A stretch of DNA of 64,000 nucleotides from positions 3,572 through 67,571 of the forward strand of contig NZ_JAWLCI010000018.1 in the NCBI RefSeq assembly GCF_041687215.1, given 5' to 3'. Made by a program: the position numbers and the translations under genes. This document shows positions 10,506 to 20,730 of this stretch, piece by piece; the stretch's first letter is position 1, and each line of letters starts with the position of its first letter. The notes under the pieces are model-generated. The model worked only from the letters and a program-made list of their open reading frames with translations. It ran no database searches and had not been told where the DNA came from. The stretch is from Mariniphaga sp. Its GTDB lineage: Bacteria; Bacteroidota; Bacteroidia; Bacteroidales; Prolixibacteraceae.

Positions 10506-11612
10506 ATGAAGAAGCTTATTTTCATAAATATTCTGTTGCTTTTTTCAACAGTTCTTTTCGCACAGAATTTTTTCAGGGAAGATTTTGATACCCGCAAAAA
10601 ATATATTCTGCTGGCCAACCCAACAGTTACCAACATCAAAACAATCGAGTTTCTGGTAAATAAAAAGTTGTTTAAAATAAATCCAAGAAAAATAAATTTT
10701 GTGGGTGTTTACCACGAAAATCAGGATTACGATTTTACAGAAACCAGCAAGTTTATTGAAAAAAGCGAATTGCATTATTTTAAGTTACATGAAATAAGGG
10801 GCGATTTGAACGAAAACCAATTATTTAAACAAAATTCAATTTCGAGTGATCTGAAATTCATTTTTCAGAATTCTGTTGGAATTTTCTTTTTTGGAGGGGC
10901 AGACATTCCTCCATCAGTTTATGGAGAAAAAAATTCCCTTTCTGTTGTTACCGAAGCCGAACGTCATTATTTCGAAACCACTTTCCTGTTTCATTTGCTT
11001 GGAGGATTTCAAAACGAAAACTACGTTCCGTTTCTGGAGGAAAATCCGCAATATTTTATCACCGGCTTTTGTCTGGGCATGCAAACCATGAATGTGGCCA
11101 CCGGCGGAACACTTATTCAGGATATTCCTTCTGAGATTTACAACGCCACAAATGATGAAACAACTTTACAAACCGAAAAGGAAAACCTGCACCGCAATTA
11201 CTGGCAAAACCTTTCGGACGACCGGCAACTGATGGGCATCAATTTCCATACGATACATTTTACCCAACACCCGTTTTTTACCCGACAAGTGAAAACAGGC
11301 AAAAATTCTGCTCCGCTGGTTTGCAGCAGTCACCACCAGGCCGCCGAAAAGCTGGGTAAAGGATTGGAAGTAACCGCCGTATCGCCCGACGGAAAAATTG
11401 TGGAAGGACTTGCCCACATCCATTATCCGCATGTATTTGCTGTGCAGTTTCACCCCGAGGTGCCCGCCCTGCATGAAAACCAGGAGAAACGAAAGTTTCA
11501 CCCCGACGACGAACCGCTGACTTACCACGAAATAATCGGAAAAGTAGGTTCAAAATTTCATAAAAAATACTGGAAGTATATTTCGAAAACACTGAAAAAA
11601 GTGAGTAATTAA
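10506..11612 (+). CDS. Peptidase C26 / gamma-glutamyl hydrolase family, secreted
   Basis: GGADIPP, GFCLGMQ (Cys), SSHHQA, QFHPE (His-Glu); start moved to the MKKLIF signal peptide. Confidence 0.85.
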   Translation: MKKLIFINILLLFSTVLFAQNFFREDFDTRKKYILLANPTVTNIKTIEFLVNKKLFKINPRKINFVGVYHENQDYDFTETSKFIEKSELHYFKLHEIRGDLNENQLFKQNSISSDLKFIFQNSVGIFFFGGADIPPSVYGEKNSLSVVTEAERHYFETTFLFHLLGGFQNENYVPFLEENPQYFITGFCLGMQTMNVATGGTLIQDIPSEIYNATNDETTLQTEKENLHRNYWQNLSDDRQLMGINFHTIHFTQHPFFTRQVKTGKNSAPLVCSSHHQAAEKLGKGLEVTAVSPDGKIVEGLAHIHYPHVFAVQFHPEVPALHENQEKRKFHPDDEPLTYHEIIGKVGSKFHKKYWKYISKTLKKVSN

Positions 11613-11640
11613 CCGGGTGGATCGGTTTGCAGGACGAGCG

Positions 11641-11658
11641 CCCCGATAGCTATCGGGG
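11641..11658. repeat. Perfect 18-bp palindrome ccccgatagctatcgggg
   Basis: Self-complementary; 29 bp after a stop codon; related to other CCGAT-ATCGG palindromes in the window. Confidence 0.75.
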
Positions 11659-11746
11659 TTAACCACTCATTTATTGAATATCATTCCATTTTTACATCCC
11701 TGCCAACCGAAATATCATGAAGATTGGAAACCACAACCGGAAGTAA

Positions 11747-11802
11747 AACCTGAAACCTGTCACCTGTAACCAGAATCCTGCAACATGCAACCTGCAACTC
11801 CC
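11747..11802. repeat. Degenerate 7-bp tandem repeat (AACCTGN) x8
   Basis: cctg/ccag/catg cores at 11749, 11756, 11763, 11770, 11777, 11784, 11791. Confidence 0.7.
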
Positions 11803-11887
11803 TACTCTTCAACCTCTTCTTCCGGTTTTCCAGTATTTAACAATCAGGAATAAAACAGCCACGAGGATTAGTATATAAATGAGCAGT

Positions 11888-12688
11888 TCAATCTGTTTCA
11901 TCGGAATCGATTATTTTCTTCATTACACGCATTTTGTGGGTATAACGTTTCAAATCCACGTTAAAAATTCCAAACTGATCGACATTGTCGATACGCACTT
12001 TGCCCGAAGCATGAATAATTTTGTTGCGTTTCCAAATGATGCCCACGTGCACAATGTTTCCTTCTTCATCGTCGAAAAAAGCCAGGTCGCCGGGTTTGGC
12101 CTCATCCACAAAACTCAGGGCAGTTCCCATTTTCACCTGCTGGCTGGCATCGCGCGGAATAGGCAGGCCAATCATTTTGTAAATGACCTGGGTAAACCCG
12201 CTGCAGTCGATGCCAAACGGTGAACGCCCGCCCCACAAATAGGGTGCGTTAAAATATTTCAGCGCCTGAGTAATGAGAACATTCCGGGTATTTTTTCGGT
12301 TTCCGTAAAAAACTTCGCCCGGGGCTTTATATTTTTCGTTGGCAATGGAAAACTCCTTCAGGTAAGGACGCCACACGGGAAGTGTGCTTCCGGCCACCAA
12401 TGTAAGATTTTGCTCGTTGTTTACGGGAACAATGCTAATAATATCGCCGGTAACGGCAAAAGCTCTTTTTTCGAGCCGGTTAAATGTGCGTGCATTCAAC
12501 GGGGTAATCATTTTACTGTCAATCCAGCCTTCGTAACCATCCCAGGCCAATCTAACATGGCTCCAGCCAACCATCTCCTCAAAAATTTCGAAATGTTCAC
12601 CAAAAAGCACCTGGGTTACCATTTCACTTTTTTCAGAAGGCTCTTTTCTGACAGGAATAAGGCTTAAACCGGAAATACCGTAATCCAT
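11888..12688 (-). CDS. SH3b-NlpC/P60 (C40) peptidase
   Basis: PYLWGG...GIDCSG, HVGI, IIHASG; N-terminal SH3b. Confidence 0.9.
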   Translation of the reverse strand: MDYGISGLSLIPVRKEPSEKSEMVTQVLFGEHFEIFEEMVGWSHVRLAWDGYEGWIDSKMITPLNARTFNRLEKRAFAVTGDIISIVPVNNEQNLTLVAGSTLPVWRPYLKEFSIANEKYKAPGEVFYGNRKNTRNVLITQALKYFNAPYLWGGRSPFGIDCSGFTQVIYKMIGLPIPRDASQQVKMGTALSFVDEAKPGDLAFFDDEEGNIVHVGIIWKRNKIIHASGKVRIDNVDQFGIFNVDLKRYTHKMRVMKKIIDSDETD

Positions 12689-12861
12689 CCAAATATTTTC
12701 TTAATTTTATTACGTAAAAACGAAACTGCGCGTTGTTTGCGCCATTCAACACAAATCTATAAAAAAAACAGTGCGTGTTGAAGCGGATGAATTTTTATTT
12801 ATGATTTTTGTAAACGATAACCGGTGAATAAAAAATTCCGGAGAAATAAAAAAGAAAAACG

Positions 12862-14958
12862 ATGAGTAAATTTTTGACCAACCTGAAAAATTACACACAA
12901 GTCTTTTACTGGTTTTTTGCCTTTATGTTAACCGCTGTGTTGCTTTTTCTTATTATGCCCGGCGAGCAAAAATTTAAATATGAATACCAGAAAGGTTTTC
13001 CGTGGAGCCACGAAAACCTGGTGGCGCCTTTCGATTTTGCCATTTTAAAAACTGAAGGTGAAGTGGAACTGGAAAAAGAAGAATTGCTGGGTTCAGTTAT
13101 CCCCTATTTCACATTCGACACTACCCTTGCAGCCGCTAAAATAAACCAGTTAAAAACTGATTTGCAAATGCTTGCAGATTCATCTCAAAACATAAATCAA
13201 AAAATACTTTCTACCGTTGAAAATGAACTGCGTAACATTTATGCTGTTGGCATTCTTCCCCGAACCGCCGACACTTACAGCGAACTTTCGGGAAAAACTG
13301 AACTGAGAAAAAGAACCGGAAATGTGGTTACCAGAATTCAAACCGAAAAAATATACTCCGAAAAAACTGCTTATAACGATTTCAACAGTAAAATAAGGGA
13401 AATGGCCCGGAAACAGCCGGTGCAGGCTGGTTTTCTTTTAAACCTTCAACCGGAAAAATACATTGTTGCCAACCTGAATTACGATGAAAACACCACACAA
13501 AAAGAACGGGAAGAAATTACGCGGAGCATTTCAACCACCCGCGGAATGGTTGAAACCGGCGAACGGATAATATTGCAGGGCGAAATTGTAAACGATGAAA
13601 AATTTCAGATGCTGGAATCGCTGAAAGCCAGCTACGAATCGGAACGGGGCGAAGGAATTAACCGGTACATGATTTCCATTGGAAAAGGAACACTGATTGT
13701 AGTTTTTATGGTATTGCTTTTTACCTTTTTATACATTTACCGGTATGATATTTTAAGCCAGTTCAGAAAACTCTCCTTTTTGCTGCTGTTTTTAGTTAGC
13801 GTGGTTTTTCTCACCCTGTTTATTAACTCGTTTCCCAACCTGCATATTTACCTGGTTCCGTTTGCCATTTTTCCTATTGTGGTGCGCACTTTTTTCGATT
13901 CGCGCACGGCTATTTTCACCCTGTTAATTGCCACAATTCTTACTGGGTTTTATGCGCCGAATAACTATGAATTTGTATTGCTTCAGATAACAGCCGGTGT
14001 TGTTGCCGTTTTCAGCCTGAATAAAATGCACCGCCGCGGGCACCTGATTATGGCTGCCATTTGGGTTTTCCTGACCTACTCGCTGGTTTACATCTCACTG
14101 GAATTGATTTATGAAGGAACTTTCCTTTCCATCGATTATAAAACTATGCGCTGGTTTGCTTTGAGTAGTGTATTAATTCTGCTGGTTTATCCGCTGGTTT
14201 TTATTTTCGAAAAAATATTCGGATTTGTTTCAGATGTAACCCTTATTGAATTGTCGGACACCAACCAGCCCGTGTTGCGCACACTGGCCGAAAAAGCTCC
14301 CGGTACGTTTCAGCACTCGATGCAAATTGCCAACCTGGCCGAGGAAATTATTCTGAAAATAGGCGGGAACCCGTTTTTGGTACGTGCAGGTTCGCTTTAT
14401 CATGACATTGGCAAAATTGCCAGGCCCGAATTTTTTATCGAAAACCAGGCCATGGGAATTAATCCGCACGATACAATGAACCATTTAAAAAGCGCCGAAA
14501 TAATAATCGACCATGTAATAAACGGCGTTAAAATGGCCCGCAGGCACAAGCTGCCTGAAGCGTTGATTGAATTTATAGCCACACACCACGGAACAACCAA
14601 AGCACAATATTTTTACCTGAAACACCAGGAAGAAAATCCAAAAGAAAAAGTGGATGAAAATTCATTCATTTATCCCGGACCACTGCCACGCTCAAAGGAA
14701 GCCGCGGTTGTAATGATTATTGACGGAATAGAAGCAGCATCGCGCAGTCTGAAGGAAAAAACAATGGAAAATCTGAAAGAACTAATTAACAAAATGGTCG
14801 ATCAGAAAATCCGCGACCGGCAACTGGAACAATCAGAATTAACTTTCCGGGATATTACAATCATAAAAGAAACGTTATTAAATAAGTTGATTAATATTTA
14901 CCATGTTCGGATTGAATATCCGAAAGAAAAGGAAACTCAATCAACCGAAAAAGATTAA
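12862..14958 (+). CDS. 7TM-HD phosphohydrolase (PgpH-like)
   Basis: Extracellular domain, about 7 TM helices, PGTFQHS, YHDIGK, HHGT, DGIEAA. Confidence 0.85.
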   Translation: MSKFLTNLKNYTQVFYWFFAFMLTAVLLFLIMPGEQKFKYEYQKGFPWSHENLVAPFDFAILKTEGEVELEKEELLGSVIPYFTFDTTLAAAKINQLKTDLQMLADSSQNINQKILSTVENELRNIYAVGILPRTADTYSELSGKTELRKRTGNVVTRIQTEKIYSEKTAYNDFNSKIREMARKQPVQAGFLLNLQPEKYIVANLNYDENTTQKEREEITRSISTTRGMVETGERIILQGEIVNDEKFQMLESLKASYESERGEGINRYMISIGKGTLIVVFMVLLFTFLYIYRYDILSQFRKLSFLLLFLVSVVFLTLFINSFPNLHIYLVPFAIFPIVVRTFFDSRTAIFTLLIATILTGFYAPNNYEFVLLQITAGVVAVFSLNKMHRRGHLIMAAIWVFLTYSLVYISLELIYEGTFLSIDYKTMRWFALSSVLILLVYPLVFIFEKIFGFVSDVTLIELSDTNQPVLRTLAEKAPGTFQHSMQIANLAEEIILKIGGNPFLVRAGSLYHDIGKIARPEFFIENQAMGINPHDTMNHLKSAEIIIDHVINGVKMARRHKLPEALIEFIATHHGTTKAQYFYLKHQEENPKEKVDENSFIYPGPLPRSKEAAVVMIIDGIEAASRSLKEKTMENLKELINKMVDQKIRDRQLEQSELTFRDITIIKETLLNKLINIYHVRIEYPKEKETQSTEKD

Positions 14959-14981
14959 TTTTACATGCTTATTTAATATCG

Positions 14982-16430
14982 ATGAAAAGACTTGGTTTTA
15001 AAAATATTGCGGTTTTGTTTGCCCTTGCATTTTTAATGCTGCACAGTTGCAGCGAAGCTCCTTTGCCCACGCCCGAACCACCTGAAGAAAACAGGGAGCA
15101 GGCTCCGGTTTTGACCCAAAATATAAATGATTTCATCAACCTGGTGATGGAGGACATTTACCTTTGGTACAAAGAACTTCCGGACATTGATATCCGGTAT
15201 GAACTTGATCCCAAAGCGTATTTTGAAAAACTGCTTTATACAGAAGACAAATGGTCGTTTATAACCGACGATGTTGAAGCATTGGAAAGCAGTTTCGAAG
15301 GAGTGGAAACTACTTTTGGCTATTCGCTGGCATTCGGGCGTTTTTCAAACACCGGCGATATTTTTGCATTGGTGGAGTTTGTATATCCCAACACTCCGGC
15401 TGCCGAAGCAGGAATTAAACGCGGTGACATCATTGTTCTGATGAACGGAGATGACATTACCGATGACAATTACACCGACCTGCTATATGCCGGTTCGTTG
15501 AATATTTCACTTGGTATTCTTGGTGAGGGTGGAATTTCTGTAAGTCCGAATTCAATAAACATGACGGCCAGGAAACTCAGTCTGAATCCGGTGCTTATTA
15601 CCGATATTATTGAACACGAAGGCCATAAAATTGGCTATTTGTTTTACGCTCAATATATTTCCAACTTCAATTCGAGCCTCGATAGTGCTTTCCGGTATTT
15701 TCAGGAACAACAGATTTCAGATTTGGTGGTGGACCTGCGCTACAATCCAGGTGGCGGAACCGATGCCGCTCAACATCTTTGCAGTTCTGTTGCACCACTC
15801 AGTGTAGTTAACAACCGGTCAACGCTGGTCACCTTCCAGTGGAACGACAAGTACCAAAGTTACTGGGAATCGCGTAATGTAACCAGCCAGTTGAAAGTAA
15901 CTTTCAGCAATACCACCAGTGTTAAAATGGGCCTGGACAAAATGTATGTACTCACCGGCCCGGGGACTGCTTCTGCTTCGGAACTCACCATTACCGGATT
16001 AAAACCATATATGAATGTGACCACCATCGGAGAATCCACTTATGGAAAATACACAGCCTCCATCACTTTCAAGCCTGAAGATTTTCTGAAGGATGAACGT
16101 GGCAACGGATACTACGACAGCCCTGCCGATTACAAAAATTTCGAAAACTGGGGCGTTCAGCCTATAGTTTTACGCTACGCCAACTCGCAGGGAGTAACCG
16201 ATTTTAAAGACGGTTTTACACCCGATATTCCGGTTGAGGATGAACTTTTTGGGGCGTTACCGCTGGGCGACAAACAGGAGCCGCTGCTAAAAGCTGCCAT
16301 CGAAGAAATTACCGGAACAGAAATTTTAGCCCTGAAAAAAGCAGAAATTCAGGTTTCTTATTCCATATTCGACCGCGGTTTTTCCAAATTCGATAAGAAC
16401 AAACAGGAGCTGCTTCTGGAAAATTATTAA
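14982..16430 (+). CDS. S41 family peptidase lipoprotein with PDZ domain
   Basis: Lipobox LHSC; DLRYNPGG; TASASE; YGK. Confidence 0.9.
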   Translation: MKRLGFKNIAVLFALAFLMLHSCSEAPLPTPEPPEENREQAPVLTQNINDFINLVMEDIYLWYKELPDIDIRYELDPKAYFEKLLYTEDKWSFITDDVEALESSFEGVETTFGYSLAFGRFSNTGDIFALVEFVYPNTPAAEAGIKRGDIIVLMNGDDITDDNYTDLLYAGSLNISLGILGEGGISVSPNSINMTARKLSLNPVLITDIIEHEGHKIGYLFYAQYISNFNSSLDSAFRYFQEQQISDLVVDLRYNPGGGTDAAQHLCSSVAPLSVVNNRSTLVTFQWNDKYQSYWESRNVTSQLKVTFSNTTSVKMGLDKMYVLTGPGTASASELTITGLKPYMNVTTIGESTYGKYTASITFKPEDFLKDERGNGYYDSPADYKNFENWGVQPIVLRYANSQGVTDFKDGFTPDIPVEDELFGALPLGDKQEPLLKAAIEEITGTEILALKKAEIQVSYSIFDRGFSKFDKNKQELLLENY

Positions 16431-16431
16431 T

Positions 16432-17151
16432 TTATTCACGCTCAACTGAACCCAGGCCTTCAATACTCTGATTGACTTCCGGGTTTCCGCGGTATTTAAT
16501 TTTTCCGGCGCCTTTAATGGTGGCATCCAATGTTTTACCTGCATAAACAACGCCGGTACCAACACCTTCAATTCTGAAAGTTACATCGTCGGCTTTAAGT
16601 TCGCCGGCATTTACATGTCCTGCCCCGGCAAGACGGACGTTGAGCGTTTCCGAAACTCCGCTTAATTCACAAAGCACACCTCCACGGTTATCAATTCCAA
16701 CATACCCGGCTTTTAACTGAAGGTTAACTTTTGCGCCGCCTTCAAGCAACATTTCCAAATCATCCAAATCCAGAAATCCGCGGGTTTCGAGTCTTATGCC
16801 GCCTAATATGCGTAACCGTTCCAGGTTTTCAAAAGTAACCAGTAGTGTTACCTTGCTGAAATCGAAAGGTTTGCGATCAACATGCAAATGCAAAAGGTCT
16901 CTTTGGTTGGTTACATTCAGGTAGTCAAATGCCCTTTCATCTGCCGCCCTGACCTCCAGCGTGCTTTTGTTACCTTGTATTAATTCAACGCCAAATGCCC
17001 CTTCCAGAAAAAGTTCGGAGAACTCACCAATTTCATAAGTTTTGGTGAAATAATTATTGTTTTGGCTGTTACTTTTAAACGAAAATGACAAGCTGAAAAA
17101 AAGCAGCAATAAAAAAGACAAGTTGAAGACGTTTGAAGTTTTTTGATTCAT
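16432..17151 (-). CDS. DUF2807 / head GIN beta-helix protein
   Basis: Repeating G-x-G/A beta-helix units; ending IKGAGKIKYRGNP. Confidence 0.85.
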   Translation of the reverse strand: MNQKTSNVFNLSFLLLLFFSLSFSFKSNSQNNNYFTKTYEIGEFSELFLEGAFGVELIQGNKSTLEVRAADERAFDYLNVTNQRDLLHLHVDRKPFDFSKVTLLVTFENLERLRILGGIRLETRGFLDLDDLEMLLEGGAKVNLQLKAGYVGIDNRGGVLCELSGVSETLNVRLAGAGHVNAGELKADDVTFRIEGVGTGVVYAGKTLDATIKGAGKIKYRGNPEVNQSIEGLGSVERE

Positions 17152-17265
17152 TTTTTTCTGACTTTTAGCTGAATATTGTTTGGAAACAAATTTAAGGAGT
17201 TCTTGTCAAATCCGGTTTCAATTTTCGACAAAAGGCATAGATTTCAGGATAAATACACGGAAAAG

Positions 17266-17853
17266 CTACCTGTTTAATCTTTTAATGTAAATTAAACCGT
17301 AAGCAATCAGCAGGTAAAGCATAACTACAATAAACTTATCCATTACCGAATATCCGGGCGGAAAAAACAATTGTTTCAATGCATAAACAAGTGATAACAG
17401 GCCAAGACCCGCCAACGTGTTAAATGCAATGCGCGAAAACATGCGGAACAACCACACCGAAGCGCCAAGCCAGACAACAGTAAAAACCAGAAGCAAAATT
17501 CCTTCAGCCTGATTGCCCCTGGTTAAACGGATTACACCTAAAATGGCCGGCAGCGAGCCTGCAAGAAAAAGTCCCCGCGAAATGCTTCTTCTGATTTTAT
17601 TTCTGATTTTTTCATTCTCAATTTCGGGAAAAAGCTGCCTTCTTAATTTTTTTTCCCTGAATTCCGGCCCAAGTAAATCCTCTTCCGAATGAATGATGCC
17701 TCTTTCCATAGCTTCGTGAATGGCTTGCTTAGCTGCAGCCTCCTGGTATAATTTCCTTTTTTTGAGCACTTCAATTAATTGTTCGTTGTTTAATTCTGCC
17801 ATTGTTTCTCTAAAATCTGTCTTTTGTTCAGTTGAATTTGAATTTAAAGGCAT
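17266..17853 (-). CDS. Hypothetical membrane protein
   Basis: Helical N-terminus plus about 4 TM segments. Confidence 0.6.
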   Translation of the reverse strand: MPLNSNSTEQKTDFRETMAELNNEQLIEVLKKRKLYQEAAAKQAIHEAMERGIIHSEEDLLGPEFREKKLRRQLFPEIENEKIRNKIRRSISRGLFLAGSLPAILGVIRLTRGNQAEGILLLVFTVVWLGASVWLFRMFSRIAFNTLAGLGLLSLVYALKQLFFPPGYSVMDKFIVVMLYLLIAYGLIYIKRLNR

Positions 17854-17935
17854 TTTCCAATATTTTTACAATTTCAAACAAATAAAAAAGAAATTTGTCT
17901 TATTGGTAGAATTGAAACCATTAAAAAGTTATAAT

Positions 17936-19096
17936 ATGAATAATTTCGAATACAAAAACACGGTAAAAATTATTTTCGGGAAAGGTACCATTCCAAAGGT
18001 TGCCGGTGAAATACCAAAAGATGCCAAAGTTTTAATGATCTACGGAGGTGGAAGCATCAAACGAAACGGAGTTTACGACCAGGTAAAAAAAGCGCTGAAG
18101 AATTTTGAATTGTATGAATTTGGCGGAATTGAAGCCAACCCGCATTACGAAACCTGTATGAAAGCCATAGATGTGGTAAAAGAAAACAACATCGGTTTTT
18201 TGCTGGCTGTTGGCGGAGGTTCGGTTGTTGATGCGACAAAATTTATTGCCGCCGGTGCTTTGTACGAAGGAAAGGATCCGTGGAATTTTTTCACCAAACG
18301 GTTTATGGTAGAACCCAAAGCCGCCGTTCCGCTCGGGGCAGTGCTCACTTTACCTGCCACTGGCTCAGAAATGAACTGGACAACAGTAATTTCACGTGTT
18401 TCCACCCAGGAAAAATTGGCGTTTGGCCATCCGCTCGTTTCACCAAAATTTTCGGTGCTCGACCCCGAGTGTGTATTTTCGTTGCCCGACAGGCAGGTTG
18501 CCAATGGCGTTGTTGATGCGTATGCCCATGTGCTGGAACAATACCTCACTTATCCGGTAAACTCACCGCTGCAGGACCGGTTTGCTGAAGGCATTCTTCT
18601 CACATTAATAGAAGAAGGGCCGAAAGTGCTGGCCAACCGCACCGATTACGATGCTGCGGCCAATTTTATGTGGAGTGCAACCATGGCGCTAAACGGATTA
18701 ATTGCATTGGGTGTGCCAACCGACTGGGCAACCCACATGATTGGCCATGAGCTAACAGCTTTTCACGGCATTGACCATGCACGTACTCTGGCCATTGTTT
18801 TCCCCGGAATGATGCACGTTAAGCGCAAAAACAAAAAGGAAAAAATCCTGCAATACGGCGAAAGAATCTGGGGAATTACGGAAGGAACAGATGACGAACG
18901 CATTGACAAAGCCATTGCCAAAACAGTGGAATTTTTCGAATCGCTGGGTGTGCCGTGCACTTTGCCTGAGTATGATGTTCCGGCCGAAACCATTGGAAAA
19001 ATTAAGGAACGGTTTAAACAACGCAAAAGCAAATTGGGAGAAAAACAAGATATTGACTACAAAGAGGTTGAAGAAATTCTGGAAAACAGATTGTAG
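17936..19096 (+). CDS. Iron-containing alcohol dehydrogenase (YqhD/BdhA-like)
   Basis: YGGGSIK, GGGSVVD, TGSE, HMIGHELT, HARTL; start reset to MNNFEY. Confidence 0.9.
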   Translation: MNNFEYKNTVKIIFGKGTIPKVAGEIPKDAKVLMIYGGGSIKRNGVYDQVKKALKNFELYEFGGIEANPHYETCMKAIDVVKENNIGFLLAVGGGSVVDATKFIAAGALYEGKDPWNFFTKRFMVEPKAAVPLGAVLTLPATGSEMNWTTVISRVSTQEKLAFGHPLVSPKFSVLDPECVFSLPDRQVANGVVDAYAHVLEQYLTYPVNSPLQDRFAEGILLTLIEEGPKVLANRTDYDAAANFMWSATMALNGLIALGVPTDWATHMIGHELTAFHGIDHARTLAIVFPGMMHVKRKNKKEKILQYGERIWGITEGTDDERIDKAIAKTVEFFESLGVPCTLPEYDVPAETIGKIKERFKQRKSKLGEKQDIDYKEVEEILENRL

Positions 19097-19217
19097 TTGA
19101 AAATCTGAAATTTTAATTTTTCATGTTCGTTCTGTTTCAAAAGAAAGGCTGGTCAGAAAAATTGGAACCATAACTTCCGGACAGTTGGAAAAATTGAAAC
19201 AGGGATTGAACGATATT

Positions 19218-20021
19218 TTAAAGTACTGATTTAATGTAATCTGCAATAAGCTCGTCATATTTTTTCCGAAGTAGTTGAACCAAATAGTTTTGAGGATCGA
19301 ATTTCCCTTCACCGATTTGTGAAACAGGCAAAATTTTGGGCGAGGTTCCGGTGATAAACGCCGCCTGAAAACGGGGCAAGTCTTCCAGTAAAACATCTTT
19401 TTCGAAGAATGGAATCCCTGCTTCTTTTGCCAGCAAAATGGTTTTCTGACGGGTAATGCCAAGCAATACTTCGTTTCCGGGCGGGGTAAACAGAGCATTT
19501 TTTTCAACAAAAAATACATTGCTCCGGCTGCCCTCGGTAATGCGGTTTAAATGATCGACCAGCAGAACTTCGTACAAGTCCTTTTTTTCCATCAGTTTAT
19601 CGGCCTGCTGCCTCACCGGAGTTTGAAAAACTTTTGCATTGGGATTTTCACGCTCCGCTTTTAAAATACCACATCGTACACCGTTTTGGTACCATTTGGG
19701 ATCAGGATATTTGTGGAGAATAAAAAATGCTTTCAGATTTTCTTTGCACGAAAGGAGAATATTTCCGGTCAAAACCTTGTTTTCATGGATGAGCTCCAAA
19801 ATAAAACGGCTAATCTGATCAGAGTTGAACCGGATGGTTTTTCCTGCAAGCGATGCAGAATGGTAAAACCGTTCCAGGTGATCCTCCATAAATAGTGGTA
19901 CTCCATTTTCAACCCGAAGCACTTCATAAATTCCTCCTGAATTTTCAAATGCTTTGAATAAAGCGTTGGGCCTCAGTTCTCCGTTAAAAATAAAATACCT
20001 GTGCAGCGGAAAGTAAACCAT
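19218..20021 (-). CDS. Aminotransferase class IV (PabC/IlvE-like)
   Basis: EDHLERF, NAK, ITEGSRSNVF, LLGITR, FITGTS. Confidence 0.85.
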   Translation of the reverse strand: MVYFPLHRYFIFNGELRPNALFKAFENSGGIYEVLRVENGVPLFMEDHLERFYHSASLAGKTIRFNSDQISRFILELIHENKVLTGNILLSCKENLKAFFILHKYPDPKWYQNGVRCGILKAERENPNAKVFQTPVRQQADKLMEKKDLYEVLLVDHLNRITEGSRSNVFFVEKNALFTPPGNEVLLGITRQKTILLAKEAGIPFFEKDVLLEDLPRFQAAFITGTSPKILPVSQIGEGKFDPQNYLVQLLRKKYDELIADYIKSVL

Positions 20022-20093
20022 TATTTAAAATTTTCAGGCAAATGTATGGATAATTTTTTCGGTTTCGTTCCTGAATGATAAATCCCAAAATTG

Positions 20094-20101
20094 TAATTTT
20101 G
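20094..20101 (+). promoter_or_regulatory. Bacteroidota -7 promoter element
   Basis: TAATTTTG matches TAnnTTTG, 15 bp upstream of the 20116 ATG. Confidence 0.55.
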
Positions 20102-20115
20102 CAAAAAAGCAACCC

Positions 20116-20730
20116 ATGGCTTCTGAATTTAAATACCCCGATATTCAGCCACCCATTACTTTCAACCCCCACAAACATCATTTTGGCTTTTTAAAACAGC
20201 AGATTGAATACTGGAAAAACCTTCCCTGGCCTGAGGCAGAAAAAGAATTGTTATTTATTGGCACCAACCTCATTGACCTGTATTGCGGAAAACTTTCCAT
20301 AGATGAAATATGCCGCCAATGCCTGTATTTTGCTGAAAAAGAAGGATTATCAACTGGTGAAAGATTAAAAAACTGGCTTCTGCCAAAGGAGTTTCGAAAA
20401 ATAATACTTTCAGATAATTCTGAGTGGGTAATTAAACAAGGATTGGATCCTGACCGGTTTCTGCACATTCATCCGGCAAAATATTCGCCATTTACAATAA
20501 GAGTGCGCGGCTCTACTTTAAAAACGGTGGTTGCACTAAAAGTTTTAGCAGATGAAAAAAACCAAAATCAAATAAACCTTCAACAGGTTAATCAGGTTCG
20601 AAGCGCAAAACTTGGCCTTTCGCCCATAAAAGCGCTGGAAAAAGGAAAAGGGATAGCCCGAATATGGTCTTTTTTTAATTCGCCAAAACCGAGTTACCTG
20701 CATGTAAAGCCTGTGCCACCCTGTTTTTAA
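20116..20730 (+). CDS. Hypothetical protein
   Basis: 204-aa ORF with promoter; overlaps the 3' end of the convergent LytTR gene by 56 bp. Confidence 0.65.
   Translation: MASEFKYPDIQPPITFNPHKHHFGFLKQQIEYWKNLPWPEAEKELLFIGTNLIDLYCGKLSIDEICRQCLYFAEKEGLSTGERLKNWLLPKEFRKIILSDNSEWVIKQGLDPDRFLHIHPAKYSPFTIRVRGSTLKTVVALKVLADEKNQNQINLQQVNQVRSAKLGLSPIKALEKGKGIARIWSFFNSPKPSYLHVKPVPPCF

Noticed and set aside
17720-17935. N-terminal extension of the alcohol dehydrogenase
   Set aside because: Overlaps the opposite-strand gene 17266-17853; family start is MNNFEY at 17936
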